NCBI RefSeq assembly: GCF_031769215.1
Contig: NW_026782027.1
Location: 1 to 64,000, forward strand
Source of the DNA: Ylistrum balloti
Lineage: Eukaryota
DNA: 64,000 nt
Direction: 5' to 3'
In this document: positions 12,853 to 26,166 of the stretch, in pieces
How positions within the stretch are numbered: the first letter of the stretch is position 1
Layout: each line of letters opens with the position of its first letter
Position numbers and translations under genes: made by a program
Notes under the pieces: generated by a model
Seen by the model: only the letters and a program-made list of their open reading frames with translations
The model's database searches: none
What the model was told of the DNA's origin: nothing

Positions 12853-14278
12853 ATGAAGTTGGCTATTTTTCTCGTGGTTATCCTATCTCTGGCAATGTCA
12901 GCTCCCCAGAAAAAGTCATTAAACCCATTTCTGAACAGTTTTTGTAAGCTCATAATTATATACTTTATATAAATGCTTTATTTTTCTTGCCTCCCCAGTT
13001 CTTAGTTGACTCTTTTTGTGTTAGCCTTCATGATTTGTCCTCTTAATGGAGAAACTATACCATATGTATTATTGTATTTTCAACTTTAAATCACAATAAT
13101 GAAATAAACTTCATAACACTTGCTCTATCGAGAAGAGATTCCGTCCAAAAGTATTGATTAACAATTGTTACAAGAAACTAAAAAAAAAAAAAAAGAAAAA
13201 CAAAGAGGACAAATCGTTATAAAGGAATTGGATTTAAATGTATTACTATTAAATGAATCAGTGCACTCCTCTTGCTAAAATTATGTTTTTGGGTTTCTCA
13301 GGAAGCCGGGAAACGGACTGGAGTGTGTAATATTTCACTCCTCTTGCTATTACACTATATGGTATCAATGCTTCAATATTTAAACTTCTACATATTCTGA
13401 TAAAATATGATATCTTTGAGTAGAGCGTTGTGTGTGCCATAGCTTTTGTTCTTGAGAGAAACACTACCGTTATTGGTTTGAATGACATACAACTGGCCTT
13501 AAGTTAAAACAAAGTCATTTCTTTCTGAAGGACATGCATATATATGTGCAATAATCACCATACATTTTGTCCTCTCTTCTAGTGAACATTTTCCAAGTCA
13601 ACGAGCTCAAACTCCTGGTCACAGATTTAGTAAAACAGCTCAGTTCCGACGAGAGGGAGGCAGAATGTGAGACGGAATGTAACACGCTTGTTGACACACA
13701 ATTATCTACTGGATCTATCAACACCATTTCTCACACCGCTTGTCCTGTTGCCTATCATTCTTAAGTCTTCAGTAAGATGTTACAATCTCAAAACGTAAAT
13801 TTGCTTTCTTCTAAGGAACACCAAGGATACCAAAAGTTATCTATTGTCCCCTTGTAAACTTGATATCAATGACCTAAATGTAACAAACTTAAAGACACAG
13901 TTCACCGCTGGAGTAGTGGATACCCTTTCTGATCTTATATTGTAACTTTATATCAATATATGATTATTTATTGATAATTCTGTAAATTTTGGTGATTGTC
14001 AATTGTACATTAAACAACATTAAACTGTATTTGTCTCATAAAGGATGTAACTGTCATTTTGCTCTTGAGCGTTTTCAAACAAAACAATTGATGAATAACT
14101 TATGATCGAGACTTATTATGAAACAGAAGGCAACTTTTAAAGAAGTTAGGAACTCCAAGTCATTCAAATCATTAATATCTCTTATCTTATGACATTCTTT
14201 TTACCGTTTTACAGGTTACAGGAGTTAGTCCACCATTTTAAAATTTCTGTACCTTCGACAAGTTCACCAGTTCTCTAA
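12853..14278 (+). pseudogene. P2: probably defective P-type copy. Exons 12853-12943, 13583-13760, 14215-14278
   Basis: Exons give MKLAIFLVVILSLAMSAPQKKSLNPFLNSFLNIFQVNELKLLVTDLVKQLSSDEREAECETECNTLVDTQLSTGSINTISHTACPVAYHS and LQELVHHFKISVPSTSSPVL*. The fourth Cys is TAT (Tyr, 13753-13755). The exon-3 donor is TTAAGT instead of GTAAGT (13761), so read-through stops immediately at TCT TAA. Confidence 0.75.
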
Positions 14279-14659
14279 AGGAACTTTGTTTGCAAACCTG
14301 AACCGTAACGGAATGATTAAGTAAATAAACAGATAATGTTAACGGAGTTTCCATTTTGTCATTTATATTTGTGCGTTGTACAACATTAAGTGATATAACA
14401 AAATATTGATCAACAAACAATGATTGCATTCATTGTTCATTGTTCATTTCATTGTGAAAACCATTGGAATTGTAACTTTATGTTAGTTGCCAAATGCACA
14501 TATAGTCATTTAAAGTATAACTTTGTGCCAACAAAACTTATGATTCAGCCATCCGTGAAATATGTACTTTATGCGAATGTAATAAATACTGAGAGGAATA
14601 CGAAACACATTTTCAACATTTAGATTTAATAATGTAATAGTCACAACAAGACCGCCTTA

Positions 14660-14975
14660 GACCAAACTCAGGGTACCCCAATGTACACAAAACACAAAGC
14701 GGAAATAACAGTAGTTGCCAAGCCGATCCCTGATATCGTATGATTTCAAAGAGGAATGTTAATCCATTCTTTGGTAAGTGCGTTGGTCTATTTGCGGAGG
14801 TTATATAAGGTGTCGGCTGAATTCCCAAGTCTTCTCTCTAATCCATCCCACAGATGGTTGATTGGAGACAGGTCCGGACTACATGAGGCCTATCAACAGG
14901 TCGATATTCTGGGTTGCAGAAAACTCGAATGGTGCTTAATAAAGACCGGTACAACATGCGGATCTCATTTTGCTG
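14660..14975 (-). mobile_element. Tc1 C-terminal fragment
   Basis: Minus strand translates PDLSPINHLWDGLERRLG...KEWINIP. Confidence 0.7.
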
Positions 14976-15189
14976 TATTGTTTTAAAACAATAATCTAAT
15001 GGGCCTAATCAACCCTTGTATCCGACAGCAAATGCAGGCAGAACTGGTATGAAGTTACTGCAAATACGCAGAAAGAAGAAAACACTTGAAGACCCCAGAA
15101 ATAATAAAACAAAGATACAAATAAAAAGCCCATTCAACATGAACCAAGAATCAGACAAGGAAGAGCCAAGAGCATTAAATTGTTTCGTC

Positions 15190-17400
15190 CTTCAATGACT
15201 CTTCTCTTTGTGTGCCTCGTTTTCCCTACAAGGTTCTGTCATCATCATGGGGTATTTTAACGCTCGCCTCTGTGGTCATCGCATACCAAACTTTCAAAAT
15301 TATCGAGGTCTCCGTCTACAACGATGTTTAGAACGATATCAGTTGAGTGCTCTGACTACTTCCTCCGTTTGCTCTTTACCATTATATGCCTATGTACACT
15401 CTGATGACGGCATTTCATCTCTTATTGATCATGTGATAATCGATTCATCCAAAATTGACCTCATATCAAACTGTTATATCGATGACCAACCTTACTTGGA
15501 CGTCTCCAATCACAGACCAATCTTCTGTGATATTCTTTTTCCAACCGCATCGTCCGTAAAATCTCCCCAGCTTGAACGCAATATTTTCAAGTGGCCTTCC
15601 GATGGCACTTTTTCAGGTACTGAAGTCTATCGCGATAACCTTCATCAGTTTATAACGCAGTCCAACCTCATTAGTTACACAATATTTCATACATCAACAT
15701 TTAGACGGACTTTTTGACTAAAGGTATTCAGGACATATCCCTATCGTCTCTCCAAAAGAGAAAGTTTAAGAAATTCTTGAAACCCTATTGGAAAGGAGAG
15801 CTGAAAGAGTTACATCGCGATATGTGGCAGTCGAGATGTATTTGGGACGAAGGTCGTCCTCGTGATCCTAACGCTCACTCCGTTTGCTTATACAAGGACG
15901 CGAAACATAAGTTCCGGCATAAACAACGCCAGTTATCAGAGAACCATATTATTATATGGACTTCCACATCAAAGTAGCGGCGGATATATATGTCTTTGTA
16001 CATTATTTAATGCTTTCAGAAGGTTTGATTATGTACCTGTGTCACTAAAACATGGCTTGATTTGCACGTTATATATAGGTCATAATAAGCCAAGAATAAC
16101 CCAAATAGCTACAGAGCGATTTCTCTCCTACCCGTTATTCTAAAAGTGTATGAAAAAACTACTCTTGATAAGATTAGAATCTATAAACCTTTTTCATGTA
16201 AATTCATTACAGCATGTTTTCAAAAACAAGCTAGTATCTCTATGACTTCATATATGGTGCAAGAAACAATCGCGTACGCTTCTGAACATGATAGAAAATT
16301 GTTCACTTGTTATTAGACGCGTCTAAAGCCTTTGATTGTGTCTGGCTCGACGGTCTGTTTTTTAAACTATCACGTTTGGCTTTTGACAGATAAATTGTTA
16401 GTATGATTATGTCATTACACAAGGATATGTATAGTGTTGTTATGTATCAAAATCTTGTGTCTAAAGTGTTCGAGATAAGCCAGGGAACACGTCAGGACAG
16501 TATTGTCTACCCTTGGCTCTACTCTATTTATATCAACAATTTCCTGACTGATCTAACTAGTTCTGTATACTCGCTAGCTATATCTGATGTAAATGTCAAG
16601 TGACCTTCGCAAGCAGATGATATCTGTCTTCTTTCACTTACCAAACACAAATAAGATATGCTTATAGCTACAAGTATAGCTGTAAATGGAGATTTAAATA
16701 TAATGCCTCCAAATCAGTAGTTATTTGTCCTCAACGAAAGTAGTAATGTTCGCTCACAATCGTATCGTACTTGGTATCTAGGTGACAATGTTGTTCATGA
16801 AAGCACAAATGTTAAACACGTAAGTATTAATTTGAATAAATTTAAATCAGGTTGGCCTGACTGGAGTCCATATATATTTGTCTGTTGTACTACCTAGAGG
16901 TATGTTTGGTTGTGATGTCTGGAACTCTCTCGCCTAGATTCAGTCAATTTATGTGCAAAGTAAATGCAAAATTTCCCACTTCGTACTAGGTCTGATGTAG
17001 CATTGGGAATGTTAGATTTGTCTTCTATACATCTTTATGTAGAGCAATATAAGCTTCGTTTTTTTTCTAGGCTTTGCGTAATATCAAAACAACTTGTACT
17101 TCAAAGCAACACTTTTTGTTGCGTTTACACCAAAGACATCTTTGGAGTAAATAACGCTAAGAAAGGTTTCATCAACATTTGGGATGCTCTACACAAATAC
17201 AACTTCCGAGATCTCCTACTTGATTTTCTAAATTCTTGGAAATTTTCATCCAAGATACTTGTTTACTGGTTTTGTGGGCAAATATCCAGTGAATGTGTAG
17301 GTATCATATGACCAGGCGGACAGAGATGTCAAGACAGCGGCTCTGTGGGGTGCTCCCAGTGAGGACATGTATTAATCATTTTATGACGATCCATATTTGT
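15190..17400 (+). mobile_element. Degenerate non-LTR retrotransposon (APE + RT fragments; clade uncertain)
   Basis: Fragmentary motifs IIMGYFNA (GDFN-like), SLIDHV, SNHRPI, KAFDCVW, QGTRQ.S, ADDICL, spread over shifted frames with many stops. Confidence 0.75.
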
Positions 17401-17865
17401 TTATATGTTTTATTAAAAATTGTCTCATGTTTTCTGAAAAGGCCTACAATATGACTTTTCAGTAAAGGCCATCTCATATCTAATGTTTGATGTGTTCTAC
17501 TAGAAATTTCCATTATTGATGGATTTGTAATTAACATTCAATGTTCAATATCTATATACATATATTCTAGCACCTTTTTCTTCAATTTTCACCTACATTT
17601 AGCATAATCATCATTGTAATTACAATTACAATTTTTTGGAGGAAATAAAGAAATGATGACGATGATGGTAGAACATCTTTGTATTCTGAATAGTGCAACT
17701 ACATGTATGTGCGTGAATAAACACCTAAATAACAAACCCAAAACACAAAATACAAAACTATGTTTCGTGTAGTTGAACACATAAGATGATACTGTAACTT
17801 AGGATTTAGTTTTTATTAGGATGACAAATGTTTTATATTCGTCTCAGGTTTCTAGGACCCCAATT

Positions 17866-19573
17866 TTAAGCAGAAGAAGCTGGTTGAGATGTCGGAATAT
17901 GGAAAAAGTGAATGAGTTCCTGTAGCCTGTGAACGAAATAACGGACATATTATTAAGCATAATTTAGCCCTAAACTGACAACATAAACATATGCGGTTGT
18001 TCAATGGGTTGATACATTTATCTAAACTTTCAATGTCTTTCTATTGTATTACCTAGGAAAATGCAATATGCCTAGTCAATGTTAGCTGCTATTGACTCCC
18101 TAGCGACCAGGCTTGATGCTTGTATTAAGATGACCAAAATTTCTTTAAAAGGAAAAGAGAGCTTAAGACATTGCTAATTGTATAACAACACAGATACTGA
18201 TAGATAAACTATTTTATTGTTTTAGCTATCGTTAAACATCGCAATCAATTCTGTTGAAACTGAAGAGACTGAGACTGGATCCAATGACTCTTTAACCAAT
18301 GAAACAGATCAGCTAAAGCCTTAGACAAACGTATAGGAGTTTCTCCAATTAAAAATCAATTATAAAACATCTGCTGGTTGGACATTATAAGGACAGAGTT
18401 TATACTGCGATAAGATCATAACACATCAGTGTAATGACGCTGCAGTATTGTTATATTTTCGAGGGTATCATTTTGCTGTTTCTTAAGGACGGAAGACGTA
18501 TTTGAACTTATAATTGATGAAGAAAACACAAATCCCTATCATAACCTCCTTGACATGTATATTTCTACAAGCTTCATTAACATAGCCAAAATTCGACAAA
18601 ATGGAAAATTAACAATATTTTGAAATAGAGATCTCTAATGTCCCTTAGAAGAAAGCAAATACATTTTGGGATTGTAAAATCTACCCGAATACTTACGAAT
18701 GACAGGCAAGAGGACAAGCAGTGTGAGAAATGGTGTTAACAGATCCAGTAGAGAATTGTGTGTCAACAAGCGTGTTACATTCCTTCTCACATTCTGCCTC
18801 CCTCTCGTTGGAACCGAGCTGTTGTACTAAATCTGTGACCAGGAGTTTGAGCTCGTCAGCGTGGAAAATGTTAACTGAAACATATGAGGATAAGATTACA
18901 TTTTGTTTAATAAAATTATAAGGAATTCCAACGATATTTCAACAGAATCTTAATTGAAAATAGGGTAATATGTGAATAAACAAACCATTTACTCGGAGAC
19001 AAGTGAAAATAAAATGAGAAAAAGACCAGGTATTTTTGAAGAGAAAGCGTCTTTTACTTCATCGAAGACATCTGCTGTTCTAACCTTTGTCAACCAAACA
19101 ATACTTTGTTACGTTCCAAAATTAGTATATCAGCAAAAGAGAACCTACTCATCAATTTGTCATGGTGTTTCATAAGCATACGATACAAAAGAAAAATATC
19201 ATGGATAAATTGTCGATCATTGTCGTCAATCATTGGCTTCAGCTGTGTCTTGATCATTGAAAGCGCATATAATGTTGTTAGAACATCTCATTCCAGTAAG
19301 GAACTTACATGTTTTGAATTTGAAGCAATTAGGATACAATCATCCATTGTTTTGTTTATAGTGTTATCAAAACTCTATTTACGCGAGTATAATGTATTGT
19401 TAACAGTGTCATTGATGTAAATGCTACTATTTGGTGTACATCGAATAAGGTCTAATTAACTATGTAAAACTCTACTTACGGATGCTGTTCAGGAATGGGT
19501 TATCAGATAAAGCTCTTTGGGGTGCCGACATTGCCAAAGGCAAGACAACCACGAGCAAAAGTGCTAATTTCAT
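17866..19573 (-). CDS. M2: 110-aa secreted twin-CX3C protein. Coding exons 19573-19480, 18874-18697, 17926-17866
   Basis: Splices to MKLALLLVVVLPLAMSAPQRALSDNPFLNSILNIFHADELKLLVTDLVQQLGSNEREAECEKECNTLVDTQFSTGSVNTISHTACPLACHSLQELIHFFHIPTSQPASSA*. All splice sites GT-AG. AATAAA at 17817-17812. Confidence 0.88.
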
Positions 19574-20446
19574 GATGATACTCGGCTAAATAGCACAAAT
19601 GCGAACTGTCGGAAAAAGAAAAGTGTTGTAAATAAAACAGGAGCATAGTAAAAATACATCAATTTTTCTTGCGGCGTATAATGGTGTTTGTCAAAGCGAG
19701 TAAAAGTGTGATTTAGAATCTTAGCAAGAAACATCAAACATATGTTACAATGCCCATCGAGTCTGAGTAGTCAAATAAATAAACATTGAAAATCAATAAA
19801 AAATGGTAGCTTAGTTGCATCAGTTATACAGATGATAAACTGTATCGGCAAACATGTCAGTGATTAACCATTAGAATTTTTACAAATAAAGTTATTGAGA
19901 TACAAAAAAAGCGTGAACAACTTCAGCAAAGCAAGATGTTTGTTATTGTGTAGTTTAAACACCAGTTTAAAAACTGCAAATAACATTTGAAGCTGCACCA
20001 ACCATAACGATTATATACCTAAGAGTAAATCATGCACTCTGCGGAATGCAGCAATCACAACAAATTGGTATATTTAACAAACAAGCGAATTTCTATTGTA
20101 CGGAACAAAACTATTATTCAAAAAGTGTATTTCTTTTATTTCAGCTTTTATTTTTGATTTACGCTGAATAGATCCTAAAACCAACGAAATCCTAAAAATC
20201 TAGCAAAGTAAAACAGAACGAAATTTGATTTAACGATCAAATTATTTAAAACCAATGAAACTAAAAGGAAACACAGAAGATAAATGTCGACAGTAAATGG
20301 TATTAAAAGAAATTAATTGTAATTTTGAACATTCTGAAAATAATGTTAATGATAATGAAATACTTTGTCAAAGAAATTCATTATGATGAGATATATCGGT
20401 AAGAAATAGCATTACATTCCATATAATAAATGCATAAGGAACTTAC

Positions 20447-20503
20447 CAAAGTGGTCGGTAGTTGAGGACTGGGACGATCGATGGGCGGTAAGCTGTTTAT
20501 ATA
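20447..20503 (-). promoter_or_regulatory. M2 TATA box (20503-20496) and non-coding exon 1
   Basis: Same TATATAAA...ctttg|gtaagt cassette as M1. Confidence 0.75.
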
Positions 20504-20814
20504 GAAATAAATACGTGTCTTTTCTGCTGTCTTAGATTGCTAAATAAATCCATGTGAAATGTCATCTGTACAGAATGTCATACGATTGCACAAACAGTTT
20601 AAATTCGTTTTTCTTATCATGATCAGGCGTTTTCTATGTCAGGTGTCTACAACATTCTCGGAAGAAATCAGACTGATCTCATAGAAAAATACTAAAAAAT
20701 ATGAGATTATGAAATAGTCGCTTAACATTTTGACGCATACCTGACATATGTTATATGTTACATTATCAAGATAAGATTAAAAAACAAAAAACAAAAAACA
20801 AAAAAAAAAAAAAA

Positions 20815-21195
20815 ACGTCCAAACCCAATATATTTCTGGAAGAAAATTATGACAATTATTTTGTGAAAATGTTAAATTTTGACATCAACAAATTCATTTT
20901 TGTTGAAAATTAATCTTTTCATAGTAGTTTGTTTTGTTAACAGATATGTTTGTTATTCTATTGCGGTCGTTTTGATACCTCATTTGTTAAATTTGATCGA
21001 AAAATAAGAATTTTTTTATTTTTTTTTCACATTTTGGGTTAATTTTACTATGGCGGCAATCTTGATGACGTCATAACTGAAAGTTCGTCCCAACTTACAC
21101 AATGTTAACAATTATTATCGACTTCAGAAAAATGTTGGTTCGGAAGTTTAGTGGGTGGGGGAGGTGTACGGCGGACCCTTCTAACTCCCGGCCTA
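20815..21195 (-). mobile_element. Second Academ-like TIR, outer end at 21195
   Basis: Reverse complement begins TAGGCCGGGAGTTAGAAGGGTCC and aligns with 991-1385. Confidence 0.55.
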
Positions 21196-21264
21196 GATAT
21201 AAAATACGAAAGAAAGTGTTCACGAATATTTCATATTATAAACTATATCAGCAGAGGTATTTGT

Positions 21265-22340
21265 ATACGAAAGAAGCATAACCCAAAACGGATTCAATAC
21301 ATATAACGTTGAGAAAAAATAATGTGGAACAAATACAAACTGAAGTACTATAGTAAACTAACTTCAAATTAAAAGTTCTTATATACACGCAGTACTTACC
21401 AGTCATGTGGCCTGTAAAGCAGTGTGGTGCATGGGGAACAGAAACCTATTTTAAAGAGGAATCGTCAAAATGAAACGGCTTATGCCCAAGGGACGATAAA
21501 ATACAAAAATGGTGTGCAATGAAAGTATTGTCTTGGAACCACAAGCTGTATGATCAAGGAATAATACTCTGTTTACTGCCACAAGTATACTGTTTACCTA
21601 CTTACACAACTTATTTATGAACTAGCATTATGGCTTTTTAATTTTTATCAAGTAGATGGAAATACAAGACGAACAACTACGAGTAGTTTTTTGTGATCAA
21701 CTTCGTTGTTTTATACACAACAATAGGGTCCATTATGGTTGTTAGGCGGAGTGGTGAGGAAAAAATAAACAAAAATAGTAGGGACAATAAGGGTACAAAC
21801 AAAGACAAAGTGGACTGAAATACAAGAAGAACAATTACGAGTAGTTAATTTATAACACCACCTTCTGAATTACAGCTGGTATTTACAGGCAGATACTTCA
21901 CGTCATGAGCTACATTTCAAGTGTTCTTCCAACATTAGCACTATGTCTAAATCCTTTCTTTATCATTCGACGCTATTTATCACATATAGCATTCAGGTTA
22001 GACACTACATATATCTGTATATACTAGGAAAAATAAGAAACGCAAGTTCGGTTTTTGTAATATAACTTTGCCATGAAAGAAATTTAATTTAATTTGACAC
22101 AGAGCTACCTCCGTGCATTGTAAAAATGTTACAATTGAGCCCACCGTGACCACTCTCGAAGCAGCTTTAAGCAGATTTTTTTCAAGAAAGCGTGTATCAT
22201 GGGTGCTACTGCACCATATTTGCTGGTAAATAATTACAAATGGAATTGAACAATACATATCAGCTACACAGCATTTCTTTTAAAAGATTGTACAGCGAAA
22301 TCCCGCGAATAAGTGAAGTCGATAAGGGATGAGACATTGC
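21265..22340 (-). pseudogene. Inverted, orphaned P-type promoter, exon 1 (donor at 21399-21398) and start of intron 1
   Basis: Reverse complement of ~10400-11440 and ~33950-34990. TATAAAA is mutated to TTTAAAA (21455-21449). No coding exon follows on this strand. Confidence 0.75.
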
Positions 22341-22344
22341 TCTG

Positions 22345-23240
22345 GTAAAGCCAGGGGTTTAAGACCTATTCGGTCTCCTTTGCCCCATTGGAGACGCACG
22401 TTGTTCACTGACGATGTTCGCTTTACAGGTTAGATAGACGACAACGTGCCAATCGACGTCGTTTCGAGCGATATTCTGACGCTTGCTTGACGGAAAGCGA
22501 CATATTCGGGGAGAGTATGTTATGGTATTAGCAGGAGAATATCTTAAAGTGTGAAAACATTTCACTGTTTATCCATGGCAAACCTACAGCAGTAACATAT
22601 CGGGATCAAGTCCTGAGACCACACGTCTTTCCTCTTATGCATCTACGTAACCTTATGTTGCAGCAGGACAAAGCGAGGTCACATCTCTCTAGGGATTGTC
22701 GTGACTTTCTGGCTCAAAACAACGTCCCGGTTCTTTCTTGATTGTCTACCATACACTTCCAGATTAGTCCCCAGTCGAGCATTTGTGGGACGAGCTGGAC
22801 AAGAGCGTTAGTAAGTACGTCAACGTCTCTTATAACATCGCTCAACTCACTCAGGCCCTTATTCAAACGTCAATAAACTCATTGATGGGCGAGTAAGAGC
22901 AGCGGCTGTAGGTAGGTATGGACACACATGCTACTGATTTGGATAAGGAATCGGCGTAGAGTTGCCCGTAGAGTAACACTATGTATGCCGTCTATGGAAG
23001 GACAACAAAAATCATCAAAATGTATTTAGGTATAATGAACAAATCGTGAAATCGAAACAACGCTATCAATGATGTTGTCTGCCGTCTTGTCACGCATAAT
23101 GAACCGATCTAGACCTTCCAACGTTACTCCGGATCTTGATTTACCATCATCTAATCCTGTGGCGTTGAGGCATAACATTAACCGCCATATAGTTAATTTT
23201 TGAACATCGAACTCCGACCTTATTATCCAGATTCATTAGC
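22345..23240. mobile_element. Inverted copy of the Tc1 remnants (catalytic part on +, HTH fragment on -)
   Basis: Reverse complement of ~9150-10130 with internal deletions. Confidence 0.75.
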
Positions 23241-24329
23241 TCGTATGGTTCTGCATTTGGATACAAAATCCACATTGTTTAGTCAATGATACACAGCAGT
23301 CAAACTAGTTGATGTTTGGCTTATACCAGGAAATATGACAGACATTTTTAACATCAAAATGGCCATTTCTACTATCTAATGAAGATGTCGATTCTGATAA
23401 AATTAAGTTCTGTTCGAATAATTAGAAACACGGAATACAGTTCCGATTATGTAATGTTATACGTATGTCATTAAAGTGCAATTGAATTGACCAGAATGTT
23501 TTTTTTACAGAAACTCTAGAGTGCGACCTATTCTACTGATAATTCTCAAGGATATTATCTGTTCAGGTTGTCAGTCATTGAGCAGCATAGTTTTAGGACA
23601 TACCAGATAAAAATAAAGAATGCATTATAATGAAAGTAAAACATTTTCAATACGATTCGGCCTGAAGGTATCGGAATATTATGTACATGCTACTAAAATA
23701 TGTAAATTACAACTTGATTTCATTTTAAATTATGTGTTGTATACAAGGTAAGCGTTTATGAAATCAGAATGTAATAAGAATTTAACATTTGGATCAATCT
23801 ACGCTAATTTAAGTACATATCAGAAACTTAAACATATCAACACAAAGGGTCGGCATCGGTCATCTTCACCCGGATGTTCCATCAATCATGATCAAATAGT
23901 TTACATTATACTGCAGAAACGAACACATAATATCCCATTTCAGGCCACTGCCTGCAAGGAGCAACACGAGGATATGAATTACATGGATACAATGGGTCAA
24001 ATTGAAACAGATTGGTCATATCTTATAGATAAACTTTTGCTGGGTCCAAACACACTTAAATGAAGCATATGTCAAGCTAGGTGATTGCAAAAAGAAATTA
24101 TTATTTATATAGAATAGGCGAACTGTGTAAATATATACTATTTTCTCTCTCGTAATATTTTTACATAAAACTGTTGAAAACATAAATCGTGTACCAACAA
24201 TTGTTCCCTAACATTTATTTATGTTTATATAATTCCAACCTCCGATGTCTGTAAAGCTGAAGCTGAAGTATTTAGCTGAATGACCACACACTATTTTGTT
24301 CATATACCATTTCTTTGTTTCTAAATATC

Positions 24330-25140
24330 TAACAAACACAGAGTTCATGTCATTCGAGGGTACATATTGTCGATCCAGATCACTGTCTGTGCTTTCACTG
24401 TGCTTTGTACGCTAAACTGATCTAACACATCTGTCAGCTGGTACACACAGTCCAAGTCATCTGAATTCATATCGTCGACAGACTCTAGTGGTTGGCCAGC
24501 GATGTTGATGAGCTCCTGTGGCAGAACATCTCCTTTGTACCACAGTGGCTCCAGCTTTCCATCTTCGACTTCCCATCCATGGTCAACCTTCACATCTGGA
24601 ATATCCGGTTCGGCGATGTGGGCCCTCTTCCAGATTCCAACCTGATAATTGACACGTCTTACGTGCTGCTCCAAACTTCTATAAGGGGGAAGTGATCCCA
24701 GGTCGACATTCTTTGATGGGTGGGGTCTGATCTTCTTTGGCACACACCTCCTGTGTGTGGATGTCTCGCAGCTCATTAATCTTGTACACTCTAGCACGAC
24801 CATGTATGGCAAACGTAAATTCGTCCAGTTCGCCAACCTTCAGCAGCAAACTTTGGACTTTTCTGGAGAGTTTTCAGTGGCTTGATCTTTCCTATTCCTT
24901 TGAATGTGCTGGTAGTGTCACATCTGGCGTATGCATGGAGACACATGAGTGCTGTACAGTGGTTCTGTGTATAGCCCTCTGCCAGTTCGGTGATGTTGAT
25001 CAGTTGATCACATTTCCAGTGTCAAATAGAATCACTACATTTGACAATGTGAGGGCGTAGTGCTGAAAGATGACGAAAACATCACTGTTTGACTTTTGAT
25101 CCGAATTTACTCGTATCCCATGTCCTTTTCACACATGCGT
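24330..25140 (-). mobile_element. Duplicate of the AcademX-like coding remnant
   Basis: ORF 24345-24836 contains LPPYRSLEQHVRRVNYQVGIWKRAHIAEPDIP...HGWEVEDGKLEPLW. Paralogous to 1565-2330. Confidence 0.55.
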
Positions 25141-26166
25141 TTCAAAACTAATCCTAAATCAGTTTCCTCTTGGAATGAGCTTATAATTTCACATTTAGAG
25201 AAGGAACCGATGAACTATGTTCTGTAAAATTATATTACGAGATGCAACTTATAAATCATTTCTAGATTTATTCTGCATAATTTACATTTATCAAATTGAT
25301 CTTTTCATTATAAACCATCACCCATTTCGTTATATAAAATGTGCTTTTATTAGCTTGAAAATCTCTCTAAATACGTTCGTGTTTAATAAATTAACTTGAC
25401 AGACTTGACAATGGTGATAGCGAGAATTTCAGCTTGCCTATGAAGATTTTTTCTCTACGATATTGTTTGTTCAGGTGTGATAATTAGGTGCTCGATATAT
25501 ATAATGAATTGTTTTATTAAAAGGTTCGGGAAATCCTTTGGCCGAGAACAGTTTTGTAAACGTGGATACAATAATTATACAACCCTAAATAAGCGTAAAT
25601 AACAATACGAATGGGGTATTATCGAAAAAGTTCGAAATCTTTCATGTTCTAAGTCATAAGGCCATGCCAATTTCATGAGACGTATGTGTAATACAACTGA
25701 ATAAGTGAAATAATAATAAAGGATTTCGTTCTTTGTGACCTTATATAATTGCCCAGTAGTGAAGAAAGTACTGTCTGCCCTACAGGGAAAATTAGTTTCC
25801 TAATCGTTTTTACACTAACATTAGAAACACGGGTTTTATGATAAACATAATATTACACATCGTTGACATCCCTTAAATAACCTGAGATGTCACTCGCCTG
25901 AAGGCTCGTTACGTTTTAAATAATTTAACTCTTTGATGAAATTCCTTATTACATCAGAACTCATGTAATATAGTCCTTTTTGAAGGAACATGAAAGTATT
26001 ACGGTCATTAATCATATTTAATTATCTTCTTTTCTATATGTGCATAGTGTATACTGAAACGCAATAGATTTTCGCTCTCTTAACAGTTCTACTTCTATTT
26101 AATGTCATTCTTTTGCCATTATTTTGAAACGTTCTCAGTTCAATAGTCTTCAATCAATGATTCAGC

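Larger units (their letters stand above)
1..20780 (+). repeat. Segmental duplication unit 1 (paralogous to ~23450-49870)
   Basis: Same order of blocks in both units: intergenic block, Academ remnant, P pseudogene, M, inverted intergenic block, Tc1, P, Tc1, decayed LINE, M. Confidence 0.85.
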
